From Lytechinus pictus (lineage: Eukaryota): 64,000 bases of DNA. The stretch covers positions 1,488,001 through 1,552,000 of the forward strand of contig NC_087263.1 of NCBI RefSeq assembly GCF_037042905.1, in the 5' to 3' direction. How positions within the stretch are numbered: the stretch's first letter is position 1; each line of letters opens with the position of its first letter. The notes under the pieces are model-generated. The model searched no databases. It was not told where the DNA came from and saw only the letters and a list, made by a program, of their open reading frames with translations. This document shows, piece by piece, positions 40,280 to 52,734 of the stretch. A program made the position numbers and the translations under genes.

Positions 40280-43190
40280 ATAAATGCACCAACAGCATGA
40301 AATGTAGAAACTGTAAACAGACCGGCCACGTAAGCAACACTTGCACATCAAACGGAGACACAGCCACACCCAGCGAGTTACGTAACACCACAGCTGATCG
40401 TGAACCCCGTGAGAACGCCATGAAAGCCGGATCCACATCACGTGATCAAGCCGCGACAGCCAATGGGGCTCGCCCGAAGGAGAGAATGCATACGCCACAG
40501 AGGCGTACACAACAAGCTGACGCACCGTCACCTTCTCGCAAACAACGTCAACCACACATCACGGGCTTTCTTCGTACACACACATCGCCACAGTCTGATG
40601 AGCAATACAACACAACAGACGTAGCAAATGAATGCGATTTAGGAGACGAAACATCGAGCGAGGCAGACCAGTTTCAATCGCCTTTCTCACCTGAAACCCC
40701 GACACCGAAAAATCCAACAAAAAACCTCCGAAGCGGAAAAAAAAAGAAAGACCAAACACAGGAAGATAAATTGATGGAAACGAATGATGGAAACAAATGA
40801 AAGAACAACGGAAAACTCAACCCTACTAACATGGCTAATAACTCAGTCAATTTCGGTCAATGTGAGAGGAATACGAAATAAAAAGAAACGAGAAAAAATC
40901 TTCAAAGGGTTAGGTTTTCAAAAATACGATATCGTTTTGATGCAAAAAATATTATAACCATGGACCTTGGACCAATATTAAATATAGAAAGAAAATGTTC
41001 ATTATTTTTTTAACAACGGTACCGACCATTCAACGGGTGTTTTAATTGGAATAAAGATAGCCCGGTGGCCGTGTGATTGGTATTTGATTATCTTACAGCA
41101 ATAATTTTATTTTATTGTGAATATTTATGATCCAACAAAACCATCGGAAAAGTCGAATTTTTTAAGGTTTACTTTCATGACTGAAAGCACACGTACATAA
41201 AGATGATTTGCTATTATTGGGTGGAGACTGGAATTCAGTTCAAAGTTCATGTATGGACACCCAAGGAATAAGTTATGCATATAAACCTAATGACATGTTG
41301 CAAAATATATGTAAAAAGTTGAAGTAGACATCTGGAGAAAATGTCACCCTTCACTCAAACAATTTACTTGGCGGCAGTACTTACTTGGCTATTACTCCCG
41401 ATTAGACTATTGGTTGATACCATATAATTTATGTTCATTTGTACATTCCGGAGATATAAGACCCATTCTGAAATGTGATCACAACGCTGTGTCTCTAAAA
41501 CTTACAATTTCATCTTCAGGTAAGGGCAAAGGTATTTATTTATTATTTATTGGTATATATGCACATAAAAATTGACCAGCAGCACAAGCTGAAAGGGTCA
41601 ATTTACAAAAATTCACGAAGTAAAATATACATATATAACAAAGCAAATAAATAAAAATGTAATTACAGTATTCTGCGTCAAAACGTATCTCCAATTAAAA
41701 GATGTATCTCATAAATAGAAGTTTGATAAAGAGATAAATAAGCCAATGGGAAGAGGGAGAGAGAAGATGAAGAAGAGAGAGAGAGAAATGGAAGTAATGG
41801 AAAGAAAGAGAGGGAGAGAGGGGGTATGTCCTCCAAATAGAACGAGAAAATTGAGTGAGGTAGAGAGAAAAACAGAAAGTGGTGAAGAAGAGGAGGGTGA
41901 CATGGAAAACATAGAAGCAAATATATTGTCAATTATGATTGACATAAAGATATGAATATCCTACTATGTTACTAAGCAGATTGATAAATTAATTGAAGAT
42001 AAAAGTAAAGGTGCCTTTGTGAGATCCCGTGAAAAATGGATGGAAGAAAGCGAAAAATCATCAAAATATTTTCTCAACTTGGAAAAAAGGAACGGGATAA
42101 AGAAACATCTAGACTTTTTGAAACGGGATAAAGATGTCATTTTTGAGGAAGAAACTATTTTAAAAGAAAAATCTATGAATACTACCAAAATCTATGTTCA
42201 AATAAGAATAATGTTCTTGTAACAGAAATATATGATTATTTCAATGATGTTGAGTTTACTACCCTGTCAGAAGAAGAAGCTGACCTTTACGAAGGTTTAC
42301 TTACAGAATCCGAGTGTTACAAAGCATTGAAGTCAATGAAAGGTAACAAGACTCCAGGTAGCGATGGATTATCAGCAGAGTTTTTATCAATGTTTTTGGC
42401 AAGATATAAAATATATGGTTATCAATAGTTTGAATGAAGGTTACAGACAGAATAAGATGTCAGAATCTCAAAAGCAAGGTATTTTGAAATTGTAACATAA
42501 AAAACAGGTGACAGAGGTTTACTTGACAATTGGCGTCATATATCCCTCCTAAACATTGATTACAAAATTGCAGCCAAAGTCATTTTTTCACGTCTTCAAC
42601 GTGTTATCGATAAAATCATTTCTAAGGATCAAATTGGTTATCTAAAATTGCGTTCAGCTTCAGAAAATGTTCGTTTAGTTGAAGATGTAATTGATCTTTG
42701 TTCGCACCTAAATTCCAGGTTCCAGGCCATTTCATTTTTTTAGATAAAAAAAAAAGCTTTTGATAATGTTAACCATAATCTTTATTTCAGTTATTACATG
42801 AATTGAAATTCAAAGATTCTCTTATTAATTGAATTAAAGTTCTGTATAATGATGCTTCCGGATTAAGAGTGATTAATAACGGATGGATGTCACCAAATTT
42901 CAAAAAAGAACAAGGTGTAAGACAAGGCTGCCCACTCTCTTGCTGTTTTTATTCATTACTGATGTTATGGCAAGTAAAATAAAACGAAACGATAATATTG
43001 AAGGAATCATTATTCCAGGAGAAAATGGAACCCAGTGTTCAGAAAAGAAATCAAAATATCACAGCCTGCTGATGATGCAGTAATTTTTGTGAGTTCTGTT
43101 AATTCTGGTAATATTGCGATAAAAGATATAAGGCAATTTGGAGAAATTGCAGGCCCTAAACTTAATTTAACAAAAACTCATGCAGTGTGA
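40280..43190 (+). mobile_element. Degenerate Tx1/L1-clade LINE, copy B (segmental duplicate of copy A), with an unrelated insertion at ~41535-41965
   Basis: Collinear with 23505-25980 and 33136-33490, and lacks the Tc1-like and SINE-tail insertions. Confidence 0.9.
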
Positions 43191-45084
43191 GATTATTAAT
43201 AGTTATAAAGATATACCCGGATTTCTGCAATATTACGTTCATGAAAACGACTGTTCCCTGTGCTGAAGCTGTGTGTGTGGACTTTCAGACACTCAAGTGC
43301 ACGCGACTAACCATTATGTCCCACAATGATTTGTAAATGCCGTTGTTCATGAGCCATCTGTTAATCGCAAATGGGTCTCATTACCAAGGGCATTGGTAAC
43401 CATGGTAACAGTGCGGAGAAAATCAATCAGAGCCGAAGAAGTTGCATGACCAGCACGGAACCCGTATTGATGTAGAGATAATATATTGCACTTGTTCATG
43501 AAATCCAATAATCTATTATATATACACTTTTCTAAAATCTTTTAAAAAATTGGCAAGACTGATATGGGTCTGTAATTTCAAACTTTTTCATTCGGAACAT
43601 TTGTACTTACTGGAACAACACGAGCAATCTTTAATTCATCAGTTAATATACCGAGATCTAAACATTGATTGAATATTGCACAAAGGGGTTGACATAAAAT
43701 ATGTATTGATTTCTTTATATTCTTTGTTACTTATATCATCATACCCAGGATGCAATCACTTTTTATGTTTGACACAAATCCATGATCTCGGTACAAGTGA
43801 TTGGTTTGGAAAAAAAAAACATGTCCTTGGATTTTTATCCAAATATCTACAAAAATTCAAATCTAAATTATTGTAATGATCAACAGGAAAATTCATTTCA
43901 GTTACAATATTGACAAAATATCAATTGAATACATTACAAATAGCAGAGTTATCATAAAATACCTGGTTATTACATTTATAAAAATTAATATTGTACTTTT
44001 TATTTGCACGACCCATTGCACAATTGACTAATTTTAGCTAATATAGTAAAAAGGTAGATGATCACTGATGTCAGTTATTAATATTTCTGATTCATTTTTG
44101 TCTTCATGTATATCATTATATTATCAATTACAGAGATTGTGTCATCCGTGATTCTGGTAGGATGGTCAACCAATGGATACATATGATGTGGTAACAATAA
44201 ATTACGGAAATTATCAACATATTGCACTTTACCCACGTTTTTGTATTGAAAATTAATATGTAAAATATATTGTCTATAGTGACGAAGAGTGATGTTGAGC
44301 CAAGTGCTGAAAGAATGTGTGAGGGCAGTTGTTATGCACAATGAAATGAGCTGTTCGTTTTGCAACCATTTTAGAATCGATTTTCTGAAGCGATCTTCGA
44401 GGTAACCTGGAGTGCCGCTTCTCTTCAATCTTACCGTGTGTATCACAAAATCATTTTACACCCTGCATGGAATATGCATTAAAATTAGATATTTATGGTA
44501 TTTGTGGATGATAGTTGAAATATGCTAATTTTTCAGGTAATGGCAGATTTGGTGGATGTTCTTACTTAGGTCAAATGGTACTAAAAACCGTTAAAAAACC
44601 ATTTGTTGCAATTTGTTCGGGAAATAAAGGGTATTTTGGGCATATATTGACCCGTCTATTGGCAGGCATGTACAGGGGAAGAAATATTGTGCATCACAAA
44701 TGAGTATTATCATATGTTACACGTAAAAAGGTAAAACAATTAACTCCATCGTTATTTTAAATAGAAAAACATGACAGAAGAGTTGCATAGATATTAAATA
44801 TCTATCAATATATTATAATTAAGAAATACTCACATGTTTCTTGATTGCACGTCCTATTCACAATAGGTAGGCTGATACCACTCTATTTTGGATATCAGGA
44901 CTAAGACGCTACTTAAATGAATGAAATAAAAGAAGGAAATACTGTAGCGAACCCGCCCGCTTCGGTTTTGGTTATAACGCACTAAACGTATGGCGCTATA
45001 GCTTTTGGTGCGTTAGAACTTAATGGTCGACGGACGCAATGCAGCTCTCGGAGACTATAAATAGCAGAGTTTCGCAGTGTTCTC

Positions 45085-45264
45085 GTCTGGGCGTTGTGGC
45101 GTGCGCCTGTAATTCAAGCTATGTGGGGAAGTGAAAAATTGATGCAGAGGTTCGGGGTTTCAGCCCCGGTCACGTCTTTCGGATGGTGACGTTAAAGGTC
45201 GGTCCCATGACGTTAATTATCACATCTGATTGATAAACGTCTGAAAAAAAACTCAGATACACAC
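45085..45264 (+). mobile_element. SINE-like insertion with a 7SL/Alu-like head
   Basis: ctgggcgttgtggcgtgcgcctgtaattcaagcta. Flanked by direct repeat gttctc(gtc) at 45079 and 45265, and absent from the sister LTR. Confidence 0.6.
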
Positions 45265-45965
45265 GTTCTCGTCACTTCGACGCTGGCTGAGGTCGGAGTC
45301 GGGCGACGAACTCCCTGCGCAGTTCCTCTACAACTAGGCTGAATCAAGAAAAGGTTTGGAAATGAACAACGTTCGCTTAATTTGTACTAGTAACGAATGC
45401 AAATACAATTATAGATAATTGGTGACGGTGTTAAATGTGATAACCTGTACAAATGCTGATCGACTGATGATGTATAATTAAATTATGACCGTTGTCATAT
45501 ACCAAATGTAATCATCGTCTCCTACCTGTGTGATCTATGGAATCCAATAGACTTCTACAGTATAAGCCTACCTATAGAGATTATACAGCTCCAATAGAAA
45601 TTCCCTGTTATTTTATATTCACCTGTTCACACTCCCTCTCAACAACTCCACCCCCATATATATTGGGAAAACGGAACACACCCGGGTCTCTACATAACGC
45701 CATATATACAGATATAAGGAAACCGCTCGCAGTAAGGATGGCTAGTACTCATCAACGGATGAAGGTGATAGAGGCAAGGGACAGGCCGGCCCCCCAGCAT
45801 CCAGGAGCGGTTCCAAGACAGTGGGCCGCCACACAAATTGTGTGAGAAGTGGGATGGAGAACGAGAGGACATCTGGAACAGATGGCAGCAATTCTTCAGG
45901 GGATGAATCAGTTTCTATACATTCCGGTATCAAGTTCTCTACCAGTGAGATGAAGCAGAAGAAAT

Positions 45966-47081
45966 ATGGAGATCGCACAGATGAGGAAAAATCAAGCCAA
46001 GTTAGCTCAGGACGAGATGATGAAACAGCAAGCCAATGCCCAGGTCATGATGATGCAACAGGTTCAAGCTATGCAATCACAGTTGGAGAAGCTGCTTTTG
46101 TCATTCTCTAATGAGCAAAGTAAGCCTACCAGACATGCCAGACGGAGACGAAGAAAACTGAGCGCTCGGGGAAGCACATATAGGTCTACACAAACAGCAT
46201 CATCAACCGAGGAGGAGGAAGTCCCATCCAATACTACTTTACGGAATAGTAGATGCAATCCTATTGATTCACCAGTACAAAATGCTGCCAGGGAAACGGC
46301 ATCAACAGCGGTGCAACCAACTGTTGTTAGGGGACCCTCCAATAATGACAGTAGGCTCCACGCCATAATCCATCAAGCATTTAAAGATACACTCCAACAT
46401 GGGCAGACGTCTAAACCAAGGTCATCACAGGACGCCCAACAGAAGCCTAGGGGTACCCACTTTTTCAAACCAGACAAATATGATGGATGTTCATCATGGA
46501 TTGATTACAGCAAACATTTCGACTCATGCCAAGCAGTGAAGGGTTGGGATAATAAAGAAGCGGGGAGGATCCTGCCATCATGCTTAAGAGGTCAGGCCCA
46601 AAGGCTGCTACGGGAACAAAGGCAGACAGTAGGCTTCAATGATCTGAAGAGAATGCTGGCCAACCGGTTCTCAGATAATAAACAGGCTGAGAATCATCTA
46701 CTAGAGCTGAAGCAAAGACAGAGACAGGAGGGCGAGACACTCAACATGCTCAAGGAGCTTGCGCAAAACATCAAGGAGCTCACCGCATTGGCCTATCCAG
46801 AGCTGGACTTTGATGTCCGTGACAGACTGGCGAAGGGTCACTTCATCGATGCCCTTGTGAAACCCAAGCTCAGAGAGGCAGTGTTCAACAACCAATGTAA
46901 GACATTGGATGATAATGTACATGCTGCAGTGGTAGCTGAAGTCTTCCATCATTCTGAGGATCAGAGAAGGAGCAGGAAACCTAAGTACAGCAGGGCAATG
47001 ACAAAGAAGAATGAGGAAGTTAAAGCAACTGAATCAATCTCCGAAGTAAAAGCCCTGATACCTGGGTTGGAAGAAAAATAA
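45966..47081 (+). CDS. gag: Gypsy Gag (degenerate; the zinc knuckle CYYCGKKGDMKRRC lies beyond the stop, at ~47186-47227)
   Basis: KPDKYDG..W..Y..HF..C...GW, CLRGQAQ, RQRQEGETL..LA..I..L...AYP, HFIDAL. Confidence 0.85.
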   Translation: MEIAQMRKNQAKLAQDEMMKQQANAQVMMMQQVQAMQSQLEKLLLSFSNEQSKPTRHARRRRRKLSARGSTYRSTQTASSTEEEEVPSNTTLRNSRCNPIDSPVQNAARETASTAVQPTVVRGPSNNDSRLHAIIHQAFKDTLQHGQTSKPRSSQDAQQKPRGTHFFKPDKYDGCSSWIDYSKHFDSCQAVKGWDNKEAGRILPSCLRGQAQRLLREQRQTVGFNDLKRMLANRFSDNKQAENHLLELKQRQRQEGETLNMLKELAQNIKELTALAYPELDFDVRDRLAKGHFIDALVKPKLREAVFNNQCKTLDDNVHAAVVAEVFHHSEDQRRSRKPKYSRAMTKKNEEVKATESISEVKALIPGLEEK

Positions 47082-47418
47082 GCAGAGGCAATCAGGACCG
47101 CACAACAGCCGCAACCTCAGACTGTGGTATCTAGTGACAAGCAACAGCAGCAGCAGGGGAATTCAAATAATAGTTCGATGGTAGCTGCTACTACTGTGGA
47201 AAGAAAGGCGACATGAAGAGGAGGTGCAAAAAGAGGAGGAGGGATGAGGTTCAGATTCACCAAGCCGCGCAGGGCTCAACAAACGAAGTAAGGTCGCCCC
47301 AGGGGGCGTGGCGCGGCCGAGGAACCTGGAAGCACCAGCCCCTCAACACCACATACTACACAGCCAATAGTTACAACTAGGTACAATGGAGAAGTCAACA
47401 AGGGGAATTTAGAAGGAC

Positions 47419-47994
47419 ATGTGTGTGCCAGTCACTATCGGTGGGACACAGCTAAGTTTTCTGGTAGACACAGGAGCAACGGATACATACATATCCAAGG
47501 AAGGCTATGGGAAACTACAAGAGAAGTCTACAATTCAAACTACTACAGAGAATGTTATGCTTGCCGACGGCTTACACCTAGAGGTGGATGGAAAGATCCA
47601 CACAGAAGTGATGATAGGCCAGGGGAAGGCAAGGATCACTCTGATCGTCGCTGATATCTGTAGCGATGGAGTCTTAGGCATGGATAATCTTCTGCTGTTA
47701 GGAGCAAGGCTTAACTTGGAGACTGCTACAATGGAAACCAAGTGGGGTTCAGTTCAGTGTCGCCATGAAGACAACACTAGAACTTGCTTCCGCATCATAG
47801 CTACTGAGATGTACACCATACCGGCAGGCCGAGAAGGCATCATTACAGGAAAACTACTGGACGGGGTTTCGAAACATCAAATGATAGACGTCAACTTACA
47901 CAGAAAGGCATCATCTTGGCCAGGACCCTCATCAGAACTGGTAATGGAGCAGTCCCAGTTAGAGTGTACAGCCCTAAAGCATCCCAACGTGTGA
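47419..47994 (+). pseudogene. pol: Gypsy aspartic protease (5' part of pol)
   Basis: FLVDTGATDTYI and VLGMDNL motifs, followed by frameshift and stops. Confidence 0.88.
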
Positions 47995-48231
47995 TAAAGA
48001 AAGGGACAGAGCTAGGACATCTGACATCAGTATCCGAACCAGATACCCAGGCATCTTAGCTTTCCAGTGAGGAGATTGATCTACCAGAGTACTTAACTGA
48101 TTTGTACGAGCGGAGTATACAAGAGGTGCCAGAGCAGTACCATGCACCTATTGCTTAGATACTGACTACATACCATGATGTCTTTTCCAAAGGAGAATAT
48201 GATTTGGGAAAAACTAATCTGGTGAAGCAAA

Positions 48232-49216
48232 CAGTTTTAAATGAGATGGAGTAACAGCAAATAAAATCCCTATGAACAAGGCTAAAAACCGCCAGTATAA
48301 GGTATGTCAGGCATGCACTTTGCTCAACATCTCTTGCAATTGTGTAAACAAATGATTCCCGCAAGACTCCGCAACTACAGGTCTTTATAAAGGGAAATAT
48401 GCTAATGTGGTGATAATTACTTTTTCGCCGCATCTTGGTCTGGTTATATGTGTAGTACATAATTCGGAGGCATGCAAAATAAACTCTGCAATATGTCCTG
48501 AAATATTACTCAAAGTTACTCGACTGGGCATGTGCGGGCACTCATCTGGCAAATACAATAATGCATAACAATATTCCACCGACCACATTTGAAATTTTTA
48601 TTCGCCGCAAACGATCGGAAGTGTTAAAATCTGGTTGCAGTAAAGGTATAATTCTTACTTTTTACACTAATAAATGATTAATTGATATAATATGGGCATA
48701 TATCTTGTCATGCATTCAAATTTCAATTTGTTTATTAATATATTTGTTTATTATTTTCTTTTACCTTGTTATTTTTTAATAACTATATCGCCTTATATCT
48801 TATCTCCTTCTTCCATTGGGGCCTATAACTCACAAGCTATGCTTTCAACTTAGGCCTCTCCATTTTTCACTGATTTAAATTCTTATTGCGTATAATTTTT
48901 GTTTCAAGAACCATTTATTTCAACTCAAGATAATTATGTTATACTCATGTCAAGCATGTAAACGTCTATATATGAATTATGGAAATAAACTAAACAGAAA
49001 CCGAAACTGAAACTGAAACTAATATGAAAAATGGAAAATTTATACAAATGGATATTCGTAAAATTCAACTCCTCCGATTTCTTCGCCGAAACTGGCGGCT
49101 TCAAAGACGGACATCAGAAGGGTCCTTACTGCCGTTCTTTCTTTTGTGCTTCTTTAAAAATGAACAGCGGCTTGAATAAATTTGTTGCCTGTTGGAACTC
49201 CAGTCATAGAATCTTG
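48232..49216. mobile_element. Unclassified insertion in Gypsy pol, containing a CR1-type 3' tail (~48650-49020)
   Basis: Interrupts pol between DLGKTNLVK and IKQRPRKHP. The ends are weakly inverted (cagttttaaatgagatggagt / actccagtcatagaatcttg). Confidence 0.5.
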
Positions 49217-49288
49217 TTGATCAAACAGAGGCCACGGAAACATCCATTTGGACAGCGAGAAGTAGTTATAGGTGAGACCTCATCCTAT

Positions 49289-49522
49289 TTGACCTTTGAC
49301 CCGGTCATGACCTTTGACCCATGCCCTATGACCTTTGACCCATGCCCTTTTACCACATGACCTTTAACCTGGTCAGCCTTTGACCTTTGACCCGGTCAGC
49401 CATGACCTTTAGTCCGGTCAGCCTTTGACCTTTAGCCTGTCAGCCTTTGACCTTTAGCCCGGTCAGCTATGACCTTCGACCCGGTCAGCCATGACCTTAG
49501 ACCGGTCAGCCATGACCTTTAC
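49289..49522. repeat. Subterminal TGACCTT(TGACC) repeat array; mirror copy at 54512-54698
   Basis: More than 12 TGACCT hexamers, several arranged as TGACCTTTGACC. Confidence 0.9.
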
Positions 49523-50657
49523 CCCGTTCAGACCACACGACCCGATGGTTGACCCAGACTTCCGGCCAGCCATGAAATGGTATTACGACGCAGTTACGCA
49601 ACCACCGTGATGTCATAGAATTACCCTTATCGCACCATCGGTATTGCACCACCGTGGCGCAATCGTCAAGTATAGGATACGATGCACAAAAAGACATCTA
49701 TACAGTTTCTTATTCAAAAAGCGATTATTCTCCGCCTATATACCGGCGGATATGTCAACCGCCTCGCATGACTTCACCAGCTACGCAACCACCGTGATGT
49801 CATCCCGGGAATTACCCTTATCGCGCCATATCGGTATTGCACCACCGTGGCGCAATCGTCATCGCCACGTATAGGATACGATGCACAAAAAAGATATATG
49901 ATTTCTATACAGTTAAAAAGTGAAAAGTTATCTTTCTCTACCTACCAGCAGGTATGTCAAGTGCCTCGCTGTTCACGAATCGATCACCCCATGCATGGCC
50001 AACGCGCGTGATTGAACCTGGGATAGCTATTGGAAAGGTGAAACCCGACTCTCTCTGCCTCTTATTACAACAATGATTGGTAATCCAACATGTGATTATA
50101 ATCATGACATCTCAGGCTCTACTCATTCCATACATTTCCCCATCAAAACTCTCTGACTTTTTCATACTATTTTGTTAATACTTTTCATTTTAACTCACAT
50201 GACCTGCCCGGCTCTCTGACTCGCAAAAAGTATACTATATTGAAACCAGTAGATGACTCCTTAAAATCAACTTCATTCATCCGCAGTACAAATGGTGATA
50301 ACATGAAACACGATATAGTCAAGGATGATTCTTTATTCTTATCATTTATTCTATTCCATTTCAATGTAGATAGGTTCAGATAGTGTATAAACAGCAGATT
50401 TTGATACAAAGGTAAAATAATGTAAGTTATGTTCTCAAATTATGTTGTAATAACAAAATAATTGTTAACTGTTCATTGTTAATATTAAAGCGAAGTTCTC
50501 GTTTTTCTATTTCTTCGCTTAACTCAATGGATTGTAACACATGTCTATGGATGGCATTCAGAAAATATGAACACAATGAAGTTCAAACTGTCATTTATGT
50601 TGACGGCGTTTTCTTGGATTATTATTATTCGACAAGCTGATGTTTGTGCCTTTAGTT

Positions 50658-51299
50658 TTAAACTCCATCTTCACCCTCCGTTTCTTCTCCACCATCATCA
50701 TCGTCATCGTCACCTTGATACTGGAATAAACCATCGAATTGTGAACCATGCCTGGCTAACACTCTCTGTACGGCTTTCCGGAATGCCATGCCATTCTCTA
50801 ATCTTTCCGAGAGATCGGACACGATTTCACGATTGATGTCAGCGTCTTCGAGGTACACGTTCTGCTGCAAGAACTGAGAGTAAAGATCGAAAAAGATGCG
50901 TTTGACTGCCCAGAGTAGTTTCACGTGAGCCTTTGCTTTAGCGTCTTCTTCTTCCATTCCTTCTGAGATGTATTTCTGATATTTTTCGTTTCTCAAGTCC
51001 TCGGTGGTTGTCATGGCTTGCTCTAACCATCCTCGATAAGCGAGGTTGTCTTCAGTTTCTTCCATGTTTGCTGTCATTGACGATTCGTGTCCATCGCTTT
51101 CTGATACGCTCGTTTCGGAATCATCGTTGGATTCTTCAACTCTTTGCATTTGAGAGGGTGGGTCGGAGTCTTCATCTTCACTCGTTTCTTCTCCAGTATC
51201 ATGCTCATTTTGTTCATGCCTCTGCATATCAAACTTCCTACTAAAGGTTTTATCGCATCGTGAACAAGCGTAACGGTTGGACATATCCAACGTATTCAT
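50658..51299 (-). CDS. C2H2 zinc finger, acidic linker and helical domain protein (left arm, intact, ~213 aa from the first ATG)
   Basis: YACSRCDKTFSRKFDMQRHEQNEH. The frame is open to the stop at 50658. Confidence 0.75.
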   Translation of the reverse strand: MNTLDMSNRYACSRCDKTFSRKFDMQRHEQNEHDTGEETSEDEDSDPPSQMQRVEESNDDSETSVSESDGHESSMTANMEETEDNLAYRGWLEQAMTTTEDLRNEKYQKYISEGMEEEDAKAKAHVKLLWAVKRIFFDLYSQFLQQNVYLEDADINREIVSDLSERLENGMAFRKAVQRVLARHGSQFDGLFQYQGDDDDDDGGEETEGEDGV

Positions 51300-51390
51300 G
51301 CTGACTCGATGATTATTTGTTGGGAAATGAAGAAAATTAACGTTCAACCTTGTAATAATACGTAATCATGAAACGCACGCGAAGGTACTT

Positions 51391-52643
51391 TGATTCTTGC
51401 GGATTTTTACGGATTCTTACCGATTTTTACGGATTCTTACGGATTTTTACGGATTCTTACGGATTTTTACGGATTCTTACGGATTTTTACGGATTTTTAC
51501 GAATTTTTACGGATTCTTATCGATTCTTACAGATTTTTACGGATTCTTACGGATTTTTACGGATTCTTACGGATTCTTACGGATCCTTACGGATTCTTAC
51601 GGATTTTTACGGATTTTTACTGATTTTTTACGGATTTTTACGGATTCTTACGGATTCTTACGGATTCTTACGGATCCTACGGATTTTTACAGATTTTTAC
51701 AGATTTTTACAGATTTTTTACGGATTTTTACGGATTCTTACGGATTCTTACGGATCCTTACGGATTCTTACGGATTTTTACGGATCCTTATGGATTCTTA
51801 CGGATTTTTGCGGATTTTTACGGATCCTTACGGATTCTTACGGATTTTTACGGATCCTACTGCTTCTTACGGATTTTTACAGATTTTTACAGATTTTTAC
51901 GGATCCTTATGGATTCTTACGGATTCTTACGGATTTTTGCGGATCCTTACGGATTCTTACGGATTCTTATGGATTCTTACGGATTTTTATGGACTCGGGT
52001 CCCATATGCGGCATGGGTCATTCCAACGTGGATGAACATACATGTATTTTCCTTGAGAATATATGAAAGATTATATGAAAGCATCAATTAATCCGTAGAA
52101 TCCATAAAAATCCGTAAGAATCCGTAAAAATCCGTAAGAATCCGTAAGAATCCGCAAAAATCCGTAAGAATCCGTAAGAATCCATAAGGATCCGTAAAAA
52201 TCCGTAAGAATCCGTAAGGATCCATAAGGATCCGTAAAAATCCGTAAGAATCCGTAAGGATCCGTAAAAATCTGTAAAAAATCTGTAAAAATCTGTAAAA
52301 ATCCGTAAGAAGCCGTAGGATCCGTAAGAATCCGTAAGAATCCGTAAGAATCCGTAAAAATCCGTAAGAATCCGTAAAAATCCGTAAAAAATCTGTAAAA
52401 ATCTGTAAAAATCCGTAAGAATCCGTAGGATCCGTAAGAATCCGTAAGAATCCGTAAGAATCCGTAAGAATCCGTAAGAATCCGTAAGAATCCGTAAAAA
52501 TCCGTAAGAATCGATAAGAATCCGTAAAAATTCGTAAAAATCCGTAAAAATCGGTAAGAATCCGTAAAAATCCGTAAGAATCCGTAAAAATCCGTAAGAA
52601 TCCGTAAAAATCGGTAAGAATCCGTAAAAATCCGCAAGAATCA
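51391..52643. repeat. Inverted pair of 10-bp satellites, (GGATTCTTAC)n 51391-51992 and (GTAAGAATCC)n 52091-52643, around a ~100-bp spacer
   Basis: Directly visible; variants ggatttttac and ggatccttac. Confidence 0.97.
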
Positions 52644-52734
52644 AAGTACCTTCGCGTGCGTTTCATGATTACGTATTATTACAAGGTTGAAAGTTAATTT
52701 TCTTCATTTCCCAACAAATAATCATCGAGTCAGC

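Noticed and set aside
45085-45264. Functional 7SL/SRP RNA gene, or human Alu contamination
   Set aside because: Only ~45 nt resemble the Alu-domain 5' strand; there is no S domain, Alu dimer or poly-A structure, and it is integrated in a native LTR with flanking direct repeats.
51368-52666. Long ORFs of YGFLRILTDS repeats (also 15351-15908)
   Set aside because: These are translation artefacts of a 10-bp satellite that lacks stops in several frames.
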